A DNA stretch of 64,000 nucleotides from Elusimicrobiota bacterium (GTDB lineage: Bacteria; Elusimicrobiota; Elusimicrobia; Elusimicrobiales; UBA9959), in contig JAINCQ010000037.1 in the NCBI GenBank assembly GCA_036574205.1, forward strand, positions 19,541-83,540, given 5' to 3'. The translations under genes and the position numbers were made by a program. A model generated the notes under the pieces. That model was not told the DNA's origin. It was given only the letters and a program-made list of their open reading frames with translations, and searched no databases. Numbering within the stretch: the first letter of the stretch is position 1; every line of letters begins with the position of its first letter. Positions 56,258 to 64,000 of this stretch are shown in pieces.

Positions 56258-57619
56258 TTATATTTTTGAGATTATTTTATTTACTATTTTATCAGCTTGA
56301 TGTCTTAAATTTTCTTCATCTATCGTAGTTAACCTACCGTCTTTTACAATTATTTTTCCATTAACAATCGTATATTTAGCTTTCTGAGAAATTCCACAAA
56401 AAAGGGTGGAGGCTATTGTATCATAAGTAGAACCAGCATATTCAATTCCGCTTAAATCAAATATGGCTATATCCGCAGCTTTACCAACAGATATTTCTCC
56501 TATATCATTTCTCCCCAAAACAGTTGCTCCACCTTTAGTTGCAAGATATAAAGCATCTTTAACAGGCATTGAGGCAACTCCATCCTTAACCCTTGAGACG
56601 AGCATAGCCATTCTTGCTTCCATAAGCGCATTTGAGGTGTCATTTGAAGCTGAACCATCAACTCCTATTGAAACTGGAACTTTATGTTTTAAGAACATTC
56701 TTATTGGGGCAATTCCAGAACCAAGCCTTAAATTAGAGGAAGGGCAGTGTGAAACTCCAGTATTTGTTTTTCCCATCTTTTTGGCTTCTTCTTCATTTAT
56801 ATATACGCAGTGAGCAAACCATGAATTTCCATTTTCAACCCATCCTACGCTTTCCATATATTCAAGTGGCTTCATTTTATAAACTTTTAAACAATATTCT
56901 TCTTCATCAATTGTTTCAGCAAGATGTGTGTGCATCTTTACCCCCCATTTTCTTGCCATTTCAGCCGTTAGTTTAAGAAGCTCAGTAGTTACTGAAAATG
57001 GTGAACACGGGGCAAGAGCTACCTGGGTCATAGCAAATTTTTCATTTGAGTGATATTTTTTTACAACTCTTTCTGAGTCCTTCATAATTGTGTTTTCATC
57101 CTGTATTACATCATCTGGAGGAAGCCCACCTTTACTTTTTCCTCTGCTCATAGAACCTCTTGTAGCAACAAATCTTAAACCGACTTCTTTTGCAGATTCT
57201 ATTTCTCTATCTATTAAAAATTTAGATGATTTTTTTGGAAAAAGGTATAGATGATCTGAGGTTGTTGTGCATCCTGTTAATGCAAGCTCTGAAAGTCCTA
57301 CTTTCGTTGAAATATCAACCCATTCCTCATCAAGGTTTCTCCATATTTCGTATAAAAAAACAAGCCAATCAAAGAGCTTTGCATCTTGAACGGCCGGAAT
57401 ATTTCTTGTAAGTGTTTGAAATAGATGGTGATGTGTATTAACAAATCCTGGCAAAACCACACAGTTTTTTGCGTTTATAATATAATCTGCGTTTGCTTTT
57501 ATATTTTTACCTATTTTCTTAATTTCTGGACCTTCTATATATATATCACAATTTTTTAATTCTCTTTTTTTATCATCAGCGCAAAATATATCACCGTTTT
57601 TTATTAATATAGATTTCAT
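56258..57619 (-). CDS. Amidohydrolase-superfamily deaminase/hydrolase (8-oxoguanine-deaminase / AtzB-like)
   Basis: 453-aa ORF with PGFVNTHHHLFQT, the metal ligand region HTHLAE, and GVDGSASND. Confidence 0.7.
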   Translation of the reverse strand: MKSILIKNGDIFCADDKKRELKNCDIYIEGPEIKKIGKNIKANADYIINAKNCVVLPGFVNTHHHLFQTLTRNIPAVQDAKLFDWLVFLYEIWRNLDEEWVDISTKVGLSELALTGCTTTSDHLYLFPKKSSKFLIDREIESAKEVGLRFVATRGSMSRGKSKGGLPPDDVIQDENTIMKDSERVVKKYHSNEKFAMTQVALAPCSPFSVTTELLKLTAEMARKWGVKMHTHLAETIDEEEYCLKVYKMKPLEYMESVGWVENGNSWFAHCVYINEEEAKKMGKTNTGVSHCPSSNLRLGSGIAPIRMFLKHKVPVSIGVDGSASNDTSNALMEARMAMLVSRVKDGVASMPVKDALYLATKGGATVLGRNDIGEISVGKAADIAIFDLSGIEYAGSTYDTIASTLFCGISQKAKYTIVNGKIIVKDGRLTTIDEENLRHQADKIVNKIISKI

Positions 57620-57632
57620 AATATCTCCATTG

Positions 57633-60092
57633 TTACTTTTTTACTATTTCTCCCTTTTTTCTTTTTCTCATAAATATTGCCTGTGAAGGGCATTTTTTAG
57701 AGCATATGGAACATCCTACACATCTTTTAGAATCAAATTCCGGAATTTTTTCACTATTAAGTTTAACAGCTAAATATCCGCAGGTTGTACAGTTCCCGCA
57801 ATGTATGCATTTTTCTTTATCAACATCAGGGATCATTTTTATAGAATTTAATTTTTCAAAAGGAGTTATTATCTCCGGTAAAGCACAACCTATAAATTCT
57901 TCTACTGATTTATATCCTTTGTATTCAAGAAGGGAGGATAAACCCCATTCTAAATGATTTATTATATCATATCCATATTTCATTAATATTGTGCAAAACT
58001 GGACATTTTTTGCTCCCATCGCCAGAAAATGAGCGGCACTTTTATAATCCATTGCGCCTCCATTTGCAGATATTGGTATTCCTATTTTTACTGCCTTAGC
58101 CACAGTAAGATAACTTATTGGGGCTATACCAGCTCCACTTAATCCAATAACTACTCCTTCATCCCATTTGCCTTCTTTTCTTTTGTGCCATCCAAGCGCA
58201 GGAAAAGAATTTGCAAGGGTTATCCCCGCTTTTTTATGGGGATATTTATCTAAAACATCCTTTATTGCTTTAACAATTTGATAAATAGATGTAACTGCTC
58301 CTGTTAATTTAAATAGTTTTGGTATTTCTGGGTTAGATATTTCCATTATCCAGTCTACTATTTTAGCAGATAGCTCTGGATTTTGAGATACTATGTCGCC
58401 TTTTGTCCCATCTCCTCCCTGTGGGCAGGATAGACTATATTCAATAACCATAGCCCCGCAGTCTTCCAATTTTTTTGTGTTTGACTGCCATACTGATTTA
58501 TCGCGTTCTTCATTTCCTGTTACAGGGCCTCCGGTTGAAGCGCCGGTTATTCTGTCTGGATAAAGTTTTTTAATCTTTTCTATTTCCTTACATACTCTAT
58601 CAAGTGGATGGTCTGAAACATTATCGCAGTTTCCATAAGTTGATTTATTAAATAAGAACATATATTCAGATGGAATATGTATATCTACATTGTCAAAAGC
58701 GGTTTTCATTATTACACCAGGCCAACCGTTTTCATATGCTTTTTTAACTTGATCAAAACCATCTGAGTGTGGAGAAGCTGATATCATAAAAGGGGATTTC
58801 ATCTTATAACCAAAAAAATCTGTTTCAAGGTCTATTGGTTTCATATTTCTTGAAGCAAGTACTGTATTATTTTTTTTATTGTCTTTAATATTTACTTTTT
58901 CCCCTTTAAGATATGCATCTACGCTAATTGCTGCATTTTTCCCACTTGCAACACATTCTACAACAGTTGAAGCTCCATTTAAAACATCTCCACAATAAAA
59001 GAGTCCTTTTTCTTTTTCTATTTTTATTGAATTTACGTTTTTAATTGCAAGGATTATAAAATCCGCATCTGGCCTTAATTGTTGTGAGTTTTTTATTTCG
59101 TTGCCTTCCTTATCAAGTTTTACAAAAACAGCTCCGCAAACCTTTCTGTTTTTAACTATAATTTCTTTTATTTTCATCCTACCGTTTATATTTATTTTTT
59201 TATTAAATAGCTCTTTTATTTCCTTTTCTGGAATCTGAATCTCTGAAGAATTTTTCCTTGTGAAAATCTCAACAGATTTCGCTCCATTTTTAAGAGCTGT
59301 AATAGCACAATCACAAGCTACTGCTCCTCCGCCAGATATTAAAACAGTTTTATTTTTGAGATTATATTTTTTTTGATTTTTTAGATATTCTATCCCTTTA
59401 ATAGCAAAGTCTTCATTTGGTATTCCAAGTTGTAATTGTTTGTCCACTCCAGTTGAAACTATGACAGCGTCATATGAAGAAAGCAATTTTTTAGGATTTT
59501 TTATTTCTGATGAAAAGTAAAATTTTATATCTCCAAGATTTTTAATGAATTCAATATCAGTTTTAAGTATCTTTTTATCAAGTCTTTCTTCTGGAATAAT
59601 ATTAATAGATCCTCCCGCTTCTTTACTGCTTTCATAAATATCAATAGAATATCCAAGAGGTGCAAGTGTTGCCGCCGCGCCCAGACCAGAAGCGCCACAA
59701 CCTATAATGGCAACCTTCTTACCATTTGGAGTTAAAGGTTCAAAGTGTGGCATAAGATTTAGATCCTTTGCTTTTTGTATTATGGTTGCCTGAACTGCTG
59801 GTATGTTTATAGGTTTATCTAAAAGTTTTCTTGAACATGCATCCATGCAAAACCAATCAGGGCATACAGCTCCACATACACCTCCTAATGGGTTAGACCC
59901 CATTATTATTTTCGCTGAAGTTTTAAAATCTGATTTTTCTCTTGTCCTTATAGCCATTATAAAATCAGCTGGTGAACATCCGCTAGGGCATGCCTTTGCG
60001 CATGGTTTTTCCTGACAATAAAGGCACCTATCAACCTCATTATATAATTCTCCATCGCTTAAAAAAATCTTTCCTTCCATAAAAGCCTCCAT
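57633..60092 (-). CDS. Fused Fe-S flavoprotein, dihydropyrimidine-dehydrogenase-like (PreT + PreA in one chain; YgfK-like)
   Basis: 819-aa ORF. The N-terminal Cys-rich region and the FAD/NAD dinucleotide folds (VAIIGCGASG, LISGGGAVACDCA) resemble the GltD/PreT family. A DHOD/DHPD TIM-barrel follows. The C-terminus has 2x[4Fe-4S] (CIHCGNCTTC, CVGCSICSKKCP). Confidence 0.7.
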   Translation of the reverse strand: MEAFMEGKIFLSDGELYNEVDRCLYCQEKPCAKACPSGCSPADFIMAIRTREKSDFKTSAKIIMGSNPLGGVCGAVCPDWFCMDACSRKLLDKPINIPAVQATIIQKAKDLNLMPHFEPLTPNGKKVAIIGCGASGLGAAATLAPLGYSIDIYESSKEAGGSINIIPEERLDKKILKTDIEFIKNLGDIKFYFSSEIKNPKKLLSSYDAVIVSTGVDKQLQLGIPNEDFAIKGIEYLKNQKKYNLKNKTVLISGGGAVACDCAITALKNGAKSVEIFTRKNSSEIQIPEKEIKELFNKKININGRMKIKEIIVKNRKVCGAVFVKLDKEGNEIKNSQQLRPDADFIILAIKNVNSIKIEKEKGLFYCGDVLNGASTVVECVASGKNAAISVDAYLKGEKVNIKDNKKNNTVLASRNMKPIDLETDFFGYKMKSPFMISASPHSDGFDQVKKAYENGWPGVIMKTAFDNVDIHIPSEYMFLFNKSTYGNCDNVSDHPLDRVCKEIEKIKKLYPDRITGASTGGPVTGNEERDKSVWQSNTKKLEDCGAMVIEYSLSCPQGGDGTKGDIVSQNPELSAKIVDWIMEISNPEIPKLFKLTGAVTSIYQIVKAIKDVLDKYPHKKAGITLANSFPALGWHKRKEGKWDEGVVIGLSGAGIAPISYLTVAKAVKIGIPISANGGAMDYKSAAHFLAMGAKNVQFCTILMKYGYDIINHLEWGLSSLLEYKGYKSVEEFIGCALPEIITPFEKLNSIKMIPDVDKEKCIHCGNCTTCGYLAVKLNSEKIPEFDSKRCVGCSICSKKCPSQAIFMRKRKKGEIVKK

Positions 60093-60167
60093 TTTAAAGA
60101 CAACATTATCATTTTATAATTTAATTAATTTATTGTAAAATTGTATTTAATTTAAGGAGGAATTTTT

Positions 60168-61496
60168 ATGTCAAAGAGTTTACTTATAAAAAACGCTGTT
60201 GTTTTTACAGGACCTTTATCTTTAAAACTCTTGAAAGGATATAACATATATATTAAGGATGGAATTATATGTGATATTTTTAAAACATCTAATCTAAAAA
60301 ATATCAAAGCTGAAAGGGTTATAGATGCAAAGGGTGGGCTGGTTATGCCCGGGTTTATAAATGTTCATATGCATTTTTATTCTACTTTTGCGCGTGGACT
60401 TTCTAAAATAAAACCTTCAAAAAATTTTGTTGAGGTTTTAAAAAATCTGTGGTGGAAACTTGATAAAAAACTTGGATATGAGGCTATATATTATAGTGCT
60501 TTATCATCTGCTATCTCAGCAATTAGAAAAGGGACTACGACATTTATAGATCATCATGCTAGCCCTTTTTCAATAACTGGATCATTATTTGAAATAGAGA
60601 AGGCTATAAAAAAAGCTGGGTTAAGGGCATCATTATGTTATGAGGTTTCAGATAGAGATGGAGAAAAAAAAGCTGAAGAAGGTTTGAAAGAAAATTATGA
60701 ATTTATAAAATATGTTAGAAAAAATGGCGGAAATAAAATAAAAGCGCTTTTTGGATTGCACGCATCTTTTACTTTATCAAATAAAACCCTTGAAATAGCA
60801 AGTGATCTTGGAAATAGCTTAGATGCTGGATTTCATGTCCATTGCGCAGAAGCTGATAGTGATGAAAAAGACTGTGTTAAAAAACATAAGATGAGAGTAG
60901 TTGAAAGATTTGATAAATTTAAAATACTTGGACCAAAAACAATACTGGCTCATTGTGTTCATATAAATGAAGATGAAATTGAGTTAATAAGAAAAAGCGC
61001 TACTGTAGTAGCTATAAATCCTCAATCCAATGCAAATAATGCTGTTGGGATATCTGATATAATAGGATTTGCCAGAAAAGCTATCCTCTATGGTCTTGGA
61101 ACTGATGCAATGACTGTTAATATGCTTGAAGAGTTGCGCTTTGCTTTGTGGCTGTGCCATTTAAAAAACTCAAATCCTTCAGTAGGATTTAATGAAGTTT
61201 CAGCTCTTATAGCCAATAATGTTAAGATAGCGTTGAGACATTTTGAAAAAATAGGTGAAATACAAAAAGGATATTATGCTGATATGGTTATTTTTAATTA
61301 TTTTCCTCCAACACCTTTTGAAACAACCAATTTCTATGGCCATCTTATATTTGGAATATCCGCAATTGAGCCATCCTGTGTTATAGTAGATGGAAACGTT
61401 TTGATGGAGGATAAAAAATTGAATTTAGATATTGATGAAAGAGAAATATCCCGTAAATCTATTGAGATATCTAAGAAAATCTGGAAGAATTTTTAA
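60168..61496 (+). CDS. ssnA: SsnA-like amidohydrolase
   Basis: 442-aa ORF with PGFINVHMHFYSTFARG and HVHCAE motifs. AAGGAGG lies 8 nt upstream. It is divergent from the YgfK-like gene. Confidence 0.65.
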   Translation: MSKSLLIKNAVVFTGPLSLKLLKGYNIYIKDGIICDIFKTSNLKNIKAERVIDAKGGLVMPGFINVHMHFYSTFARGLSKIKPSKNFVEVLKNLWWKLDKKLGYEAIYYSALSSAISAIRKGTTTFIDHHASPFSITGSLFEIEKAIKKAGLRASLCYEVSDRDGEKKAEEGLKENYEFIKYVRKNGGNKIKALFGLHASFTLSNKTLEIASDLGNSLDAGFHVHCAEADSDEKDCVKKHKMRVVERFDKFKILGPKTILAHCVHINEDEIELIRKSATVVAINPQSNANNAVGISDIIGFARKAILYGLGTDAMTVNMLEELRFALWLCHLKNSNPSVGFNEVSALIANNVKIALRHFEKIGEIQKGYYADMVIFNYFPPTPFETTNFYGHLIFGISAIEPSCVIVDGNVLMEDKKLNLDIDEREISRKSIEISKKIWKNF

Positions 61497-61566
61497 CCAT
61501 CAAGTTTTGATAAAATATATTTTGTTTTTCTTGTTTATTTGAGTCCTCTTTGAATTTTAAATCAAA

Positions 61567-62898
61567 TTACATATACCATTCTATTTGAAGTGGATTTGGA
61601 CCTATTTCTTTTTCAGAATTTATGAATCTTTTAACCAGATCTTTGATTACAACTTCATTTTTATCTATTTCGAATTCAAAAATCTCATCCAATTTTATTT
61701 CTGATTCTGGCACAATCAGAATTGAGTTTTTGGCAAACTTACCCTTTATTGAAAAGTTTAATCTTATAATAACACCTGTTAATAAGTTAGTATAATTTTT
61801 TTTAGAAGTTAAAAAATCAATTGAAAGAATTTTAAAGTCATATATCTCAAAAATTATATTTTTGTCATTTTTTATTTTAAGTCTTTCCTGTTTTATTTTT
61901 TTAAATAGTTCCTGATTTATTTTAAATTTTTGCAGGGTTGTTGGATCTTTCCACCAGGAGTATAATCCAAAAATGTTTTCAGCTATAAGAATCTGAAGTT
62001 TTGCTTTTGAAAACTCATCTTGAGTTTTTGATTCTTTAGAAGATAAGTTTGTGAACTCTGATGTATTAGAATCTATTTGAAAAATATTTTGAAGATTTGC
62101 AACATAAGATTCTCCGTTATTTTCTATCAAAGATAATCTCCAGTTTCCATTGTCCATTATAAATGTTAAAAATAAAATCCTTTTAACCGGAAAATGGTCT
62201 TTAGAAATAAAACTTCCGTTTTTAGAGTTAAGATAATAATATTTTGAAGAAAACATTATATATACTGAAATGGCTTTTTCATAATTGGTATATCTTACAT
62301 TGACTATCTTAATGTCCTCTATTGAAAAGTCTTTAATCTCAGTTCGTATTCCTCTTTGATAAAGTTCTATAGATTGTTTCTCATATAGTTCGTAGAGATA
62401 TTTTGTCGCTATATCCTTAAAATTATTTTCTTGACCAGTTAAAAAAAGGAAATATTGTTTAAGACAATATCCTGCAAATTCTTTTATATCATCTGGATTT
62501 ATATTGATCTGATTTAAAATATTTATTGCTTCATTTTCCATTTCATAGAAGTTTTTGTTAGTAGTATTCTTAAAATTCTTTTCAGATTTTTTCCAAAATA
62601 ATATTAGTATACTTTTTATAATTTGAAATAAAAGTGGTGGATCTATATGATTGGAATATCTGTATCTCTGAGGAAAAAGCAAAACTACTATAAGGATTAT
62701 TATAATAAAGATTGCATTATTCCCTCTATAATATTCTTCTGGCTTAGAATAATCAGGGTTTGAGTAATTATCTGGATATGAGTTTAAGCTATCATTATAT
62801 GAAAATGGACTAGCGAGTCTGTCAATAAGATTAAAATTCGCCATCACAAGCGAATCTAACGTAAAAATAGCAAATATAAATATAATTCTTTTTTTCAT
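61567..62898 (-). CDS. Hypothetical membrane-anchored protein, possibly with Tim44-like domains
   Basis: 443-aa ORF with a signal/TM N-terminus and one internal TM helix. Two regions loosely resemble bacterial Tim44-like/SnoaL-fold domains. The call is weak. Confidence 0.3.
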   Translation of the reverse strand: MKKRIIFIFAIFTLDSLVMANFNLIDRLASPFSYNDSLNSYPDNYSNPDYSKPEEYYRGNNAIFIIIILIVVLLFPQRYRYSNHIDPPLLFQIIKSILILFWKKSEKNFKNTTNKNFYEMENEAINILNQININPDDIKEFAGYCLKQYFLFLTGQENNFKDIATKYLYELYEKQSIELYQRGIRTEIKDFSIEDIKIVNVRYTNYEKAISVYIMFSSKYYYLNSKNGSFISKDHFPVKRILFLTFIMDNGNWRLSLIENNGESYVANLQNIFQIDSNTSEFTNLSSKESKTQDEFSKAKLQILIAENIFGLYSWWKDPTTLQKFKINQELFKKIKQERLKIKNDKNIIFEIYDFKILSIDFLTSKKNYTNLLTGVIIRLNFSIKGKFAKNSILIVPESEIKLDEIFEFEIDKNEVVIKDLVKRFINSEKEIGPNPLQIEWYM

Positions 62899-63152
62899 TT
62901 CATAAGCGAAAAAGATATTATCAAAATAACTGAGAATATTATGCTTATCCCTATTATCGTAGCTGATATAATCCTTGAAAAATATTCGCTTACCGCTACA
63001 TTGCCTCTTAGGATTTCTTTTATCTCGTCTATATCCGGGGTTATAGCGTTTATTATATTAAAGGCTTTTTTTATTATAGTCATAAAAAAAGCAATTGAAA
63101 CAGCTGATATTATGATAGATATTATGATAATTCCTATTATCTTTATAAACAT
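62895..63152 (-). CDS. Small two-TM membrane protein
   Basis: 85-aa hydrophobic ORF that overlaps the downstream gene by 4 nt. Confidence 0.35.
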   Translation of the reverse strand: MFIKIIGIIIISIIISAVSIAFFMTIIKKAFNIINAITPDIDEIKEILRGNVAVSEYFSRIISATIIGISIIFSVILIISFSLMK

Positions 63153-63169
63153 AATTCCTCCTTTAAAAC

Positions 63170-64000
63170 TTAAAAATGCTTGAAATGCCTTTTTTTAGTA
63201 AAGAAAAGGGATATATTTGTTGAATTACATATTTTAATACATTCTTCATCTTCTTTATTTCCCCCAGTTTCTATTATTATTTTTATCGGTAACTTTGTTA
63301 ATTCGTTTAATGAATTTATATCAAGGGATCCATCTACGGCTATCATAAGCTCGCTTCTATCCAATTTTATTATATTTTGATAATTCATTTTGTAGATTGA
63401 AGTTTTTATAGCGTCTAATATAGTAGTTTCACTCTGTGATATAGATAACATTTTGTTGTGAGACATTATAATGGAGCTAAAAGTTTTTGAATGTTTTGAC
63501 AACGCAGTCAAAAAACTTATATTTTTTATTTCCTCTATTGAGGGTTTCCTTTTTGTCATGAGTTTTATGTTTTGAGACTCATCAAATATATCTTTGTCTT
63601 GAAAAACAAAATCACCATTGAAATAAAAGATATCATTTTCCTGCGGTGGATTTATTATGTCTGGCATTTTTATTATTTTTAATTTTATATTTCTATCTTT
63701 TATAAACTTATATACATCCTGGGAATATGAGCTGGCTATTACGGCTTCGGCGTTTAAAGAATTAAGTTTATTTATAATTTTTGAATCTATTTCACAGTTA
63801 AAAACAAATATTTCTCTTTCGCATTTTTTATTTGAAATCATATCATAAAAAGCTTCATAAATATTATCTGAGCTTGCAAATCCTGATATATTTGAGTGTC
63901 TTATTGAAAAACAAGCTGGATATCGTATATCTGTTTTTAATTCTGCCGCTTTGTTTATATCTATTATGTGATTAAGATTTAAACTTCCATTTAATATTTC
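63170..64000 (-). CDS. Divergent PurH (AICAR transformylase domain)-like protein, 5'-truncated by the window edge
   Basis: By hand translation the frame stays open upstream of the listed ATG to nt 64000 (..LNGSLNLNHIIDINKAAELKTDIRYPACFSIRHSNISGFASSDNIYEAFYDM..). It is collinear with PurH (LSYNN..D...A; KH.NPCG; C-terminal PGGS.RD...I......FT..RHF.H versus ETGGNKEDEECI...FFTKKRHFKHF). Several catalytic motifs are altered. Confidence 0.5.
   Translation of the reverse strand, partial: EILNGSLNLNHIIDINKAAELKTDIRYPACFSIRHSNISGFASSDNIYEAFYDMISNKKCEREIFVFNCEIDSKIINKLNSLNAEAVIASSYSQDVYKFIKDRNIKLKIIKMPDIINPPQENDIFYFNGDFVFQDKDIFDESQNIKLMTKRKPSIEEIKNISFLTALSKHSKTFSSIIMSHNKMLSISQSETTILDAIKTSIYKMNYQNIIKLDRSELMIAVDGSLDINSLNELTKLPIKIIIETGGNKEDEECIKICNSTNISLFFTKKRHFKHF

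Noticed and set aside
1-64000. Alternative genetic code (UGA recoding), as seen in some candidate phyla
   Set aside because: Long homology-supported ORFs are uninterrupted under code 11. At least one clearly bounded gene, the receiver domain at 45744, ends in TGA.

Overview
This is a 64 kb stretch of a strongly AT-rich, gene-dense bacterial chromosome, probably from an uncultivated anaerobe. Hand counts on sample 60-nt lines give about 22% G+C in the AT-rich flank. Standard genetic code fits: ORFs are intact and TGA is used as a stop. Every gene from 7005 to 49606 is on the minus strand. I see no rRNA, CRISPR array, transposase, integrase or phage genes.

Recognisable content:
- Polyamine synthesis (speH, speE).
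- Folate genes: folP, a folK-folC fusion, and folE.
- A 1993-aa Kelch/FN3 surface protein with a T9SS-type C-terminal sorting domain, next to a PorV/PorQ-like outer-membrane protein.
- One tRNA-Gly(CCC) and a CCA-adding enzyme.
- An Opp/Dpp-type peptide ABC transporter with an embedded M20 peptidase, and dtd.
- A GlmL-like ATPase trio.
- A four-gene membrane module I cannot name.
- A SurA-like PPIase and an MscS channel.
- An 11-gene group-4 membrane-bound [NiFe] hydrogenase whose subunits map onto NuoA, B, C, D, H, I, J, K, L, M and N.
- An IspH-membrane domain fusion, a Kbl/BioF-family enzyme, an orphan receiver domain and dnaE.
- A Nudix hydrolase, a short UvrC, a Cys-less AsnB-like protein and a single-domain MGMT.
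- A frameshifted gene, and gpsA.
- A ygfJ/ygfK/ssnA-like reductive N-heterocycle cluster.
- A divergent PurH-like gene cut by the window end.

The least explained stretch is the roughly 700-nt non-coding island at 14.6-15.25 kb. It is 57-60% G+C on two hand-counted lines. It lies directly 3' of tRNA-Gly and contains nested repeats: three extra copies of the tRNA 3' end, and three copies of a two-hairpin module whose stems differ in sequence but stay complementary. That pattern points to a structured RNA or ssDNA element, or to decayed tRNA-targeting mini-elements.

All functional calls rest on motif recognition by eye. No database search was possible.
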